DNA of 63,833 nt, filler included, from Jimgerdemannia flammicorona (lineage: Eukaryota): NCBI GenBank assembly GCA_003990765.1. It is 2 parts of 2 records of this genome, joined end to end, with 100 filler letters (N's around TTAATTAATTAA, not from the genome) between each part and the next. Parts side by side here need not be neighbours in the genome. Positions count along the whole stretch, not along the records: positions 1 to 31,875 come from RBNJ01000376.1; 1 more part is not named here. One strand, given 5' to 3'. The translations under genes and the position numbers were made by a program. Below, piece by piece: positions 1-12,103 of this stretch. Under the pieces are notes generated by a model. The model did no database searches and was not told where the DNA came from. It worked only from the letters and a program-made list of their open reading frames with translations. Within the stretch, counting starts at the first letter, position 1; the number at the start of each line of letters is the position of its first letter.

Positions 1-730
1 AAAAAGACACACCTATAATATAACTGATACTTTTGTTTGATACATATATGATACTGTTTTCAATCCACCCCCATAAACTGCACAGCCAGAAGTTCAAAAT
101 GCTTGGTAGTTCAACTTCAAACATATATCAATATATAAAAGACAAACACTCTGACAAAATTAAAAAGAACATAGAGATAAATAAAATCGATATCCAAGGT
201 ATGGTGGGTATATTTATCTAATTGCCTAACTATTTCTATACCAATAACCCCATTTAATCAAAAATATTTAGCTATACTCTTTGACAGAATTTCGAAATTG
301 GCTTATTCACTAGATTGTATACACAGACTAGCCATTCACAATCATTGAGAGTAATCAATTGCATAGTATCTTTGGCCTCCTCAAGTATTATTTATATTTG
401 CTAAGTACCAATACTATTTACAAAGATGTCCTGGAAATCTATAGAAAAGAGCATAATAATCTCTGCCAGACACTTCAGATAAAATAAATAAATAAGGTCA
501 GTACCATGACCTTTGCAAGCTGAATTATATATATATTTACAAAGAGCTCACCAATTTAATCTCACATTTAATAAGTAGAATTTGGAAGGCAAAATTTCAT
601 TTACAATTGACACATAGATATTCCCCAATATAATTTTATTTCTGGGTATTACCAGTTATTGAATTGATCTTGATTAGAAGCTTAAATCTCTCACCCTTGA
701 CTTTATCAAACTTGCTAGCCCTCATTCTAG
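1..730 (-). mobile_element. Highly degenerate DNA-transposon remnant, possibly CACTA/En-Spm-like transposase
   Basis: AT-rich and CpG-depleted. The minus strand near 640-730 reads 'FDKVKGERFKLLIKINSITGNT', loosely like the En/Spm 'YD..E.F.L..L..TGD.P' block. Many stop codons. Confidence 0.25.
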
Positions 731-739
731 AGACAACAT

Positions 740-1153
740 CACAGATACTATAATGGTTCTAGTTTCTAAATGAGGAAGTAACTAGTTCTGGTGGTTCTAA
801 GTAACTCAAAGAGATACTTAAGGATTCAAGTGTTCTTAAAGGATTTCTGAGAGAAAATATTCTGAGACTTTATTCATAAGAACAAAGGGGATATTTATAC
901 AAGATCTGAAAGAAGGATCCAGAAGGATCTGAGAAATCAGAGGAAAATGCCAAGAGAAAAGTTCTTGGCAAAGATGACAAATAATGCCAAATAAAGTTCT
1001 ACAAGTTTCCCAGATATTCAGTAACTAGTTAAATAAGTACTAGTAGATACTCAGTGCCAAGAAAGGATTTCTAAGTATTTGGAAAGTATTAGAAGGTTGT
1101 AGAATATTGAGGAAAGACAGGGAAAAAGGAATAAACTATACTAAAATATTACA
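740..1153 (-). repeat. 3' LTR of chromovirus (left boundary approximate)
   Basis: On the minus strand a purine tract (AAGGAGAGGGAGA, ~1154-1166) is followed directly by TGTAAT at 1153. A TATA-like GTATAAATA (~892-900) precedes AATAAA (~880). Confidence 0.6.
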
Positions 1154-4081
1154 TCTCCCTCTCCTTAAGAATTACTGTCCTTATTAAATTCTGAAAATTA
1201 TACATAATAAACAAAAAAAATATATCAGCTCATTGGCAAGGACTGGCCATCCTTATATAAGGTGAGGGCCACAGTATCATCTTGATCAGATGAGAACTGA
1301 TTCAAACCTTGTTGGTTACAAGATTAATAGGGTTCTCCTATATCTCTTATTTCTGATACTATATCCTTTAGAGTGTTCCGATGCTTAATATGTCTGATCA
1401 GCACAGTATGTCATCTACTATCCAAGAAGAGATCCTCATAGGCAGTCAATGAGTTCCTTTTTGCTTGAACTCTTAGATGAGGTCTTGAGAGTTCTTGAGA
1501 TTGGCAGCAGGTTCCCAGGTGGTATCATATTCAGGATAACCCATCCACTTGACTAGGTATTCTGTGTGATGGTACTGGACTTATTTGTCTAAGATTTTCT
1601 CAACTTTATACTCAATGTGGTCTTCAACTATCACTGGTGCTGATGGTGTCAGAATTCAGCCAGGATATGGAGGTGACTGGTTCTAAGCCTTGAGTTGTGA
1701 CACATGGAATATTGGGTATATATGTATGGTTGTTGGTAAGTTGAGGCAGTAAGACTAGGTGGAGACTTGCTCAGTAATCTCAAAGGGTCCAAGGTACTTG
1801 GGCTGGAATTTGACTGATTGGCAGTTGACTTGAGATTGAGCCTTGATGTTGTTGGCTTTAAGTAGAACCATATCACCAATGTGGTATATGACATCTCACT
1901 GCTTCTTATCTGCATACTTAGCTTGATGTTGCTGAGCCTTTTGTAGGTTTATAGTGGCAATCTTGAGAAGGAAATCCATTTTGTTGATAAGGTTCTGGGC
2001 TGTGGAGACTTGTGTGTAACTGGATTGCTGAAATAAGACTAGGCTTGCAAGGGTCTTGGGGTTTTGACTATAAAGTAGCTGAAATTGGGGAAAGGCCAGT
2101 TGATGATTAGATGGCATTATTGTAGATAAACTCGGCATAGGTCAGATAGTGGTCCCAATCATCTTGCTCATAAGATATGTAGTTTCTGAGCATTTGTTCA
2201 AGTATTCTGTTCATTCACTCAGTCTGTCTATCAGTTTGAGGGTGGAAGGCAGTGGACATAGCAATTTGGGTTCTAAGGGGCTTGAAGAGTGCTTGCCAGA
2301 AGTGGCTTATATACTTGGGGTCATGGTCACTGATAATTACTTAGAGAAGTCCATAATGGTAGAAGACAGTCTTGAAGAAGATTCTTGTGATTTCTGGGAT
2401 AGTGGCATTGGTTGTGGTTAGCTTGGTGATTGTAATCTTAGTGAGATGATCCACAAACACAACAATAGCATCATAGCCTGTTTTGGTTCATGGGAGTTAC
2501 ACAATGAAGTCCATTGTGACTTGTTCAAACTTCTTGATTGGAATTGGCAAGGGTTGTAGAAGACTAGTAGATGCTTGGTTGCTTGACTTGATTTTTTTGC
2601 AAAGTTTGTAGCTTTGGACATACTCCTTGATTTCCTTGAGCATATTTGGCCAGTAGTAGTCTTGTTGGATATTCTTGATGATCTTCTCAGTTCCAAGATG
2701 ACCAGCTAGTAGGGAGTCATAATGTTCATGAAGAATCTTATACCATAGTTCAGAGTTGGCAGGAATATATACTTTATCTTGATAGTATATGAGATTGTCC
2801 TTGATGGTATACTTTTTCTTGAATTCCTTGGTATTCCTTTATAGAATCAGAGAGTCTTGTTTGTATGCCTTCTTGATCTAATTGAGGAATTCAGGTACCA
2901 TGGTGACTTGTAAAATTGCAGCAAGGTCAGGTCTTCTTGAAAGTACATCTGGTACAACTAGAGTTTTACCAGGCTTGTAGATGATATTTGGGGTAAAGGT
3001 CTGAAGTAGTTGACTCTACTTGGCTTGTTGGTGAGAAAGGATTGGTTGAGTGTTGATATACTGAAGACCTGTAATTAGTGATCATGTCAAACTCAACTCC
3101 TTCTAGGTAGTATTGCTAAGTCTTGAGGGCATGCATGATTGCCAAGAGTTCCTTTTCATAAGTAGCCAGCTTTTTTTCTACAGGAGACAATTTTCTTGAC
3201 TCAAAGGCAATAGGTCAGTGTCTTTGACCATTATCTTGGGAAATGACTACACTAATGGCAAAGTTAGATACATCTATAGTAACTATGAACTTCAAGTTTG
3301 GGTCTATGTTTCTAAGGACAGGTGCATGGGTCAGGCAGTTCTTGAGTTCTTGAAAAGCTTGTTGACAGAAAGCATCCCAGATATAGGAGACATAGAGATC
3401 AGAGTTGGGTTCCTTTTGCAGGAGGTTTGTCAAAGATTCTGTAATACCAGAGAAGTTCTTAACAAATTGATGGTAGTATCCAGCCAGACTAAGGAAGGAC
3501 CTGAGTTCAGTGAGGTTTACTGGTATAGGTCACTGTTTGATGACTTGTATTTTTCTTAAATCTACTTGAATTCCTTTGGCTGATATAATGTGTCTAAGGT
3601 ATTTGACTTGATCCTTGAAAAATTTACATTTCCTGAGTTTTGCATAGAGCTTGTTCTCATGGAGGATCTTGAGGACTTGTTCAATGTGCTTGAGGTATTC
3701 TTCTTCAGTACTACTAAAGATCAGGCTGTCATCAATATATACAAGTACAAAGATATAGAGCTGATCCTTGAAGACAGTTTGTATGAGATCTTGAAAGGTT
3801 GCTGGTATATTGGTGAGACCAAAGGCCATGACTAGAAATTTTTAGAGTCCAAAGGGTATCATGAAGACAGTCTTGGGTATGTCTTCTGGCTTGATTTGAA
3901 TTTGGTGATACCCAGAGGTGAGATCAATCTTAGTGAAGTACTTTGCATTTTTAAGAGCATCAAAGATTTGATCTATAAGTGGTAGCAGATAATGGTTCTT
4001 GACTGTGATCTTGTTGAGTGCTCAGTAGTCTATGCACATTTACAGAGTATCATCCTTTTTCTTGACAAATAGGACTAGTGC
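1154..4081 (-). mobile_element. Ty3/Gypsy chromovirus pol remnant (RT-RNaseH-integrase-chromodomain), 5'-truncated
   Basis: RT motifs 'LVLFVKKKDDTL', 'FGLTNIPATFQ' and 'VYIDD' (3530-3829). RNase H 'FIVTIDVSNFAISVVISQ' (3215-3433). Integrase region ~1700-2750. Chromodomain 'EYKVEKILDK..EYLVKWMGYPEYDTTWEP' (~1500-1615). Many in-frame stops. Confidence 0.9.
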
Positions 4082-6396
4082 TGGCATTATTCAGTATAAC
4101 CATGAGACTTAGAGCAGAATGTTCAAGATTATGGGGGCTTCATCATCAGAGATCAGGATGTCTTCAAAGGAGATGAGGTCTGTAAATGTCTCATCTGTCT
4201 CATTATTTTTTTTTTTTTTTTTTTTTTTATAGTCACTTAGACTCTGTCTTTATTACCAGTCTATAAATAAGTATACAATATCACCACCTACTATCCGATC
4301 CCCCTTGGAGAGCCCCTCTCCTCCCCTTCATGAATAAAGATCACCCTCTCACCAATTACTCCAACTCTCCCACTGCTCTGTCTACAGATTTTCTCTACCA
4401 AGCGGTACCTCCGACCCCTCTGCAGCCCCCAATCAAGCCACTAGTCTGTCAAGGTATCTTCCATAAGTCTCTGCCACCACGACAACTGGCTCCCCAAGCT
4501 CTGTCACCTCCCATCCTCAAAAACAAATAGCCAGTGACCAGCCAGCCCAACCCAAATAGCCAATGCCCAACCTAAGGTAATCCACTCCTTTCCTACCCCA
4601 CCTACCAACCAATCCCTCAAGTCCTCCCACCTCCCCCATACTTCATCTCTCCTATACCTCACTCCCAAGTGGTCCCCAATGATCTGCCAAAAGTCTTCCA
4701 ACACCTTGCACTCTCCTAGCCAATGTTCTGGCATCTGTACAAAGCCCCCCTCCTGCTCTACATTATGGCACTCCTCACAATCAAAGCAACCCCCTACAAC
4801 AAGGTGCCCTGAGTAGAAGTAGAGCATTACATTCCTCCTCAGCATGTACTACCAGACCACCCAGTACTTCAGTGGCATCCATTTTCATACTGCAGCACTC
4901 CAGATCCAAATACCATGCCAGTCCCACTCTTCTCCAATCCCAACTCCTTGCCAACTGCTAGGCCACAGATCCTGGCCTGGTCCCCTTTGGCATTCTATTC
5001 CATCACCAACATTGAACTCAAGTAAAGGCACCCCACCCAGCAATATGCTATCCCATCTCCACATCTCTAGGTCCCAGGCCTCCTCCCCCTCATTCCCCTG
5101 CTAGTGAATATCAATGTGGTGTGCCCCCTCCACTATCCTCTACCAGAAACCTTTATATTGCAATTGTGCAGTATTCTGAAGACCAACCAATGTGAGAAGA
5201 TCACCCATTGAGCCTCTTGGTGATGACTGCCTCTCCCAGACCTTCTGCAGTAGAGGAACTCAACCCCCTCCTCACAACTCCACTGCCCTCTTAAGTTACC
5301 ATGCCCTCAAGCAGTGTAGTCATTTGAGAAAGTCCACCAGCCCAAGACCACCTCTCGCCACTGGTCATCTGTCTCATCATTGTCATCATGTAGGTTGTAT
5401 TTCATGTACTTCACATATTTCATCACACATCTTACATACCTTGTGTACTTTATCATATATCTCACATATGTCATGCAGGATGACATCATTGCTGATGACA
5501 TCATCATATTTGGTGGTGGGAAAATCAGAGGCTCTCCAATCTATGAGGTTCTCTTCTACAAAGTAGGAAACAAATGTGGGGTCTTGTGGAGGTCTAACCT
5601 GGATACTTGGGTCTTGGAATACTAAGATCAATTCTTGCAGGAATTGATCTGAGTTGTCCTGGAGAATGGGATGCTAGAAGTCTTCTACTTCATCACTATT
5701 AAGGGTGATAGTGGACTGGGCTTCTATAGTCACCCTGGCTTCTAGTGCATTGATATAGCAGGATGATAGGTCTCTGAAATCTGAGACTCTAACATACTCC
5801 AAGTTGGGGATCGACTATGGTGTATGCCTGAAGATCTGATGGATCTTCTTAGCTGTCCTTATTTTATATATATCCATAGGAGTAGCATCTTGTAGCTCTT
5901 GAGGGCTGGCCTGTGGGAACTCCTGGCAGAGGAGGTTTCTTATTTCATATTTCTGCTATATTTGGAGGCATTCAGTAGCAATAGTGATCCTTGTTTCCAT
6001 TTTACAGCAGTAGAGGATATAGTAATAGGGATCACCAGTAACTAGGAGTTCTTCTTGAGTGGGTCCTCATGGCTCTTCTGATGTCTTGGAACATCCTTTC
6101 TTCGACCAAGGTTTAGTAGTTCCTTGACCTTGAGGTTTGGTGGGCAGTAGGTATTTCGTTTATAATAAGTCTTTGAGCTATTTTGGGATTAGTGTGTCTT
6201 GTTGATTGCTGTTACTGTGGTTTCTTGATCCTTCTTTTATATTCCTCAAGATGCTTGTACTGTGGTCACAATGACTCACAGTTGGTCATCATTGCTCATC
6301 TCATATGCTGTATGATCTTCTTGTGCTCTGATCTGGTGGCTTGTAAGGAAAGACTGTCTCCTGTACTGATGTCATCATTCTGGAGTCACCATTACA
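4074..6396 (-). repeat. 3' LTR of the dUTPase Gypsy element (R/U5 end missing; interrupted by a LINE)
   Basis: Direct repeat of 12502-13666 once 4208-5364 is removed. It begins TGTAAT on the minus strand at 6396, right after a purine tract AGGAGGAAGA (~6397-6406). Confidence 0.85.
4208..5364 (-). mobile_element. 5'-truncated L1-like LINE with poly(A) tail and ~17 bp target-site duplication
   Basis: Poly(T) at ~4206-4228 on the plus strand. Similar to the 3' end of the LINE at 43207-44425. TSD tcatctgtctcattatt (4191-4207) / tcatctgtctcatcatt (5365-5381). Confidence 0.9.
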
Positions 6397-9300
6397 TCTT
6401 CCTCCTGAATAAAGATCTTCTTGAGTATCTTTATTCATTAGTCCAGTTCTGAAAAATTTGCTAATCCCATAACCTCTGGCAAGGGATCAAAAAGTGGTGT
6501 TTATAGACTGGCATCTTCCCTATGTATTTTGGTATAATGGTGAAGGGTCACTCTCTTCATATAGAGCAAGGACCTGATTCTGATCTTGACCAATTAGTTG
6601 ATGGTTCAAATTCCTCTGGCTTTGAAAGTCTCATGGATGAGTAGTTGCTAGTGTCATATTCCTTAGAAAATTATCCAGACAGATAGCCTGCTGGTCACAG
6701 GACATGCTGTTATGATTCGTGGACTAGGACCTTGTGGGCAGTCATCATATTTTACTTCTCTTGTATAGGTTCATAGTACTTCTTGAGTCTGTTCCTATGT
6801 ACTATAGTAGGCAGATGGTCCCTGAGATTTTTCTAAGCCAGAAGGTAGTTCTCTTGATATCTTGCATGTAGAAGGGTCCTTCCCATTTGGGCTCTAGTTT
6901 TCATGACCATGAGGCTTCTACCATATTTTGATACAATAGGACCTTTTCTCTGATTCAAATGGGTTCTAGAGTCTTGTGATTCTTTTCTGCATTCTTCCTT
7001 ATCAGTGCTTGTGACTTGATAATGTAATCTTCAGCCTTCTTCCTGATTTGGTGTAGTCTCTGGATTTTTGCATCAATCTATCTCTAAGTTAGGTCTAGAT
7101 TTGTGACTGAGGTTCCATCAGAATCTTCTTCTCCGAAGAGCAGTTCTCTTGGGGTAAAGTGTGTGCTCTGTGACTGTATATCTCATAGGACAGAGAGGAC
7201 AGTTGGGAGATAGTTATCCCAATTCTCATATGTCTCTGAGATCTTCACCAGGATGTTCTTGAGGGTCTTGTTGGTTCTCTCTATCTGTCCATTTCCTTGA
7301 GAGTAGTACACAGTGGTCTTGATGTACTGGATCTTGTATTTCTGATATATTATCTCATGAATCCATTGACAAATTCTGTGCCACAGTCTATTGTGATTTG
7401 CTTTGGTGTCTTGTAGTAGCAGATGATTTCTTGGTATAGGAAGTCAGCTATAGAGAGGACATTGGCTTCTTGTAATACTCCTGCTTCTATCCATTGGTAA
7501 AGAGATCTACAATAACTATAATATAGTGGTTTCCTGATAGTGTTACTGGTAGTGGCCCAATGATATCTATTATGATGTGGTGGAAGGGGATAGGCTCAAT
7601 TCTTGATGACCCAGGTGCCTGGTCTTGCTGATCTTATTTCTGTTTTTAGTACTTGTTACACCCTTTGACAAATTGGTGTAGGTCTTCTTCTATCTTGGGC
7701 CACTACATGGTTCTTCTTACCTTGTCATATATATTGGTTCCTTCTAGGTGTCCTTGCTTATGTACTTTCTTCATTACTTAATACTTCTTATATGTATTTG
7801 AGTATTACTAGCTTTCCTCCTTTTCTGAGTGTAGTATTGTCTAGTTCAAACTGTTTCCAAGTCTGGTTGATGATAGTGATTATCTAGGGTTTGAGGTGGT
7901 TGAGCATCTTCCACTGCCCAAGATAGCTGATTAATCCATAGTATAGTACCTTATTCATATTGAATAGTCTTGATGGGGGTATTTCAGGGTATCCTTGAGA
8001 GTACATCAGCATTGGTGTTGGTTCTTCCTGAGCAGTGCTTGACAGTACAGTCATACTCTTGCAGCCTATAGATCCATCTGACATATATTCCTTTAGGGTT
8101 CAGAGTGTGGAATAGCCAGACAAGAGCAGAATGATCTGTTTGAATAGTGAAGTGTTTCCTGGCTAAGTAGTAGTAGAACTTGTCTACTGCCCAGACTACT
8201 GCTAAGCATTTGAGCTTACATAACTCATAGTTCTATTCTACTCTGCAGGTACCTTGGCTTGCATAGGAGATGACATATTCATGTCCATCTTTCTTCTGAG
8301 CTAGGACTGCTCCAAGTCCTATAGCACTTGCATCTATCTACAGGATGAATTCTAGGTTCCAATCTGGTCTTCTGAGGATAGGAGCTTGGGTCAACCTGGT
8401 CTTGAGTTCATTGAAGGTTTCTTGGCATTCCTTGGTCTATTCAAATTTGGTTTCCTTCTTCAGTAGCTTATAGATAGGTGCTGTAATGTTGGAGTATCCT
8501 TTGATGAATCTTCTGTAGTAGCTGGCCAGTCCAAGGAAGGCATGGACTTCTGTGGTTATTCTGGGTCTCGGGTAGGCTGCAATAGCCTCAATCTTCATGA
8601 GGTCTGTATGGATTCTGGTCTGGTTGATGAGGTGTCCTAGGTAGGCGATTTCCTGAGCCACAAACTTGTATTTCTTGGGCTTGATATAAAGGCCATACTC
8701 CTTGAGCTTCTTGAGGGTTAGCTATATATAATTGACATATTCCCATATAGTGTTACTGAAGATGATCACATCATCAACATAGACAAAGAGCTATTTTCCA
8801 ATCTCATTGCTGAAGACTCTGTTCATTATTTACTAAAAACTTGTTGGGGCATTGCACATTCCAAATAGCATTTACAGATAGATATAGGTGGCATCAGGTG
8901 TGATGAAGGCTGATTTCTCACTGGCATCTTGAGTGAGACCAATTTGATGGAAGCCTGAGAACAGATTCAAGGTGGTATAGTATTTGGCTTTGCTTCCAAG
9001 GGTGGTAAGGATTTCTTGAATATTTGGCAAGAGCTGCCTATCCTTCTTAGTGATGGCATTGAGCTTTCTATAGTTAATGCAGAGTCTTGGCACAAACTCT
9101 CCAGGCTTACTTTCTTTCTTCAGGGCAAGGACAATGAGTGAAGCCCAGAGACTGATAGCTTGCTTGATAATTCTAGCTTCTTCCATTTCCTTAAGTTCTG
9201 CTCACAGCCATTCTCTGTAGGTAGGTGGTATGGGTCTGGCTTTCTGATAAATGGGCTTGATATATATCACCAGTGTCAACTTTGTAGTAGTACTTGGGTT

Positions 9301-9477
9301 CTTAATTGTGGATATCTCTGAAGTCTGTAGTAAGTACTCCTTTGTTTTGATACAGGATCTTGAGAAGTTGTTTTTCTAGGGGAAAGTTTTCTCCAATAGT
9401 ATATATATACTTGTTCTGGTCCTTGTCTTTCTTGTACTCAAGTTCAGTAATCTTGGTGGCAGTATAGGCTCCTCTTT

Positions 9478-9890
9478 CAGTAGATCCAAAGCCTTGTTCT
9501 CCTCTCTTAGTCTTGATGAGTTCAATGGCTTCAATGATCTTGGGTTTCTTGATTTCGTGGATCAGTATCTGGCCAATCCTATCATGCTTCTTGACTTCAA
9601 ATGGGGTGGTAGGGTTGTGATTCCTGACTATGAGGAAGATCTCACCAGTGTAATCAGAGTCAATTAGTCCTCCTTCAACTGAGATTTCACTTTTGGCCAG
9701 ACTGCTCCTGGTCTTGATGATTCTGGCATAGTTCTCTGGTAGCTTGACTTCAATTTCAGTGCCAAGTAGGGTGGTGGTCTGTAGTTTGAGGGTAGTATCT
9801 TGAATGCTGACAAGGTCTATTCCTATGGCTCCTTCAGTCTTATATTCTGGGATCTTGGCTTCAGGGTGAAACTTCTTGACCTTGAGGGTG
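9478..9890 (-). CDS. Trimeric dUTPase domain within Gypsy pol (inside open segment 9302-10216)
   Basis: All five dUTPase motifs appear in order: GAIGIDL, KTRSSLA, GGLIDSDYTGEI, HDRIGQI, RGEQGFGST. Confidence 0.93.
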
Positions 9891-12082
9891 ATGTCTGATT
9901 CTTGTTCCTCCTTATTGTCACTGTCAGCCTGAAGCTCAGAGGGCTGATCATCTTCTTTGGCTTTCCTTTTTGCTTTAGCAGCTTCTTGCTCATGTTTCTG
10001 TTGGCAGATTTTCCTGACTTTACTTATACAGGACCAGCAGTCATTCAGATCTTCAGAGTAGTACATCCTAGTACTATAGGGGTATCTTTCTTGAGAGACA
10101 TAGCCATCAATGATCTTATTATACCACTGCTCATCTGTGAGCTTGGGTGTCTTGTTCTTGTTCTTGTTTACCAAGTATATGAAGATCTCTGTGTCCTCTT
10201 CATCTTCTTCCTCCATGTCTAGTAGAACTCCTTTGTAGACATTGATAGAGACTCATACCTTTCTTCCTCTATAGTTGATCTGCATCTTCTGGATATTGAG
10301 ATCAATGATGGCCTTGGCCTTGTAATGCCATTGATTGCCAATGAGGATGTCATAGTTGGTAGTGCTTGTAACAATCATATCTACTGGGATGGTAGCTCCT
10401 CCTATCTTGATGGGGACTTCTCAGATTTTGCCAAGGGGGGTAGCTCATGTACTATCTGCTGTGACATAGACCATCTTGATGGACTCTTCAATGTCTCAGC
10501 CTAGGCAGTCAATTGTCTTCTTGCTTATGAGGTATTCTCCAGCACCAGTATCAATAATGGCATTAAAGATACAGTCTTCAATCTAATATGGGGTATAGGC
10601 TGATACATATCTTGCACTGATCTTCAGATTCTTCATCTGAGTTTTTGTATTCTTTCTGTGTATTGTGAGCTTCTACAATCTTGTACTCTTGATTCTTGGC
10701 AGTAGTTACAAGTCCTACTCTCAACTGCTGTCTGAAGGTAGAGACTTCAGCTAGCTATCCAAAAGTGGCATTGACCTTCTATTCCTTAAGATCCTTGTAG
10801 ATATCATACTGATGGATCTTGGTCTTGTGCAGCTTCTGTTCCTTCTTGCTTTTGCTTTCTTCTGAGACCGGAGTAGTGCCTTCAATTATTTGGTGGGCAG
10901 CTTCATCTAACTCTATGTCTTGATCAATCTTTTTGAATTGAGTCTTGCTTTGAATAGTGATAGCTGGGGTCTTCTTTGGTCTTCCAACTGGTTTGCTGTT
11001 GCTCTTCTTATCATAGAGCTTAGACTGGGTTCTGGTACCTTCAGTAGCAAGGTAGAATTTGAGCTTCTTATAGTATTCTTCATCATCAGTGTCACCAATC
11101 TCCTCAATAACTACTGCATTGGTTTGTTCTCTAGTTCTGCTAGTATTGCTTAGTTGGGCTTTGTGTCTTGTTTTGGTTATGCAATTCTTTGCATAGTGGT
11201 CTTCTTCTCTACATCTAAAGTATGTGTTATTGTATTCTTCTGTAGCAGCTGCAAATCTCTGCACTGGTCTCCTGTTGGCACTTTAGACTTCTCTAACCAT
11301 ATCACCAAGGTATGCAGTCATCTCAGTGAACTGCTTGATAAGTTCCTCCACTGGGTCAGCTTTGGCTACCTTGGAGATAGGTGGGGTTGATTATCTGTTT
11401 ACAACTGTGGCAGATATAATACTAGTTGGCTTTGATGGCTACATCTTGATGTCAGTTATTTTCTCCATTGAGTGTTTTGCAGGGTGTCTGGCAGTCTAAT
11501 ATCTCTGTACAAAGACCACTTTCTGATCAAGGGTTAGTGCAGCTGGAGTAGACCAAATTGCTAGGGCAATTTCAGGGTGAACTTCTTTGAGGAAGGTTGA
11601 ATCTGCTATTTGTTTCTTGAGGGCATCATTATAGTCAGCCAAGACAATCTGATGGCAGATTTGAGTATAGAATGAGTTGGGATCTTCACTAAGTCCCTAG
11701 CAGATAGTATTGAGTTAATCCTTGAGAGCTTGCTTGATCTCTTCAGTATAGTATATTGTTCTGAGAAAGGCCTTCATGTTGGCAAGTTTGGCTGTACCAT
11801 TATCAGTAATAGTGGCTGTATTGAACTTGTCTCTGACAGGTCCTCTGAGGCTGACTGATAGAAGGGCCAATTGTACATCCACACTAAGGGCTTGTATAGT
11901 GGCAAATTTTTCAAAGTCTTCAATGAAGGTCAGAATTGACTCTTCAGTAGTATATCTATAGAATGTAGGAGGGCACATTTCTATCTTGTCTTAAATTCTT
12001 GCAGGGGTGATTCTTGTAGTCAGGGTAGTTGTTGTGGGGTTGTTCGTTTTTCAGCTTGAAAGTGAGAGATTCATCTTGAATC

Positions 12083-12100
12083 ACCAGCCAATGGGCACCA
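12083..12100 (-). promoter_or_regulatory. Primer-binding site (tRNA 3' end complement, possibly tRNA-His)
   Basis: The minus strand reads ...TGTGACA act TGGTGCCCATTGGCTGGT, i.e. TGG starts 3 nt after the LTR end. The tRNA identity is an inference from the GGCACCA end. Confidence 0.7.
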
Positions 12101-12103
12101 AGT

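Larger units (their letters stand above)
6397..12103 (-). mobile_element. Ty3/Gypsy internal region: gag (Zn knuckle)-protease-dUTPase-RT-RNaseH-integrase, degenerate
   Basis: Gag 'PPTFY..ESILTFIEDFEKFA' (11715-11978). Decayed CCHC knuckle 'YFRCREEDHYAKNC' (~11185-11225). Protease 'AIIDTGAG' (~10540-10560). RT 'RLCINYRKLN..LNLFSGFHQI' (8872-9186) and 'VYVDD' (~8770-8785). 'FLGLASYYRRFI' (8437-8661). Integrase ~6800-7750. Confidence 0.92.
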
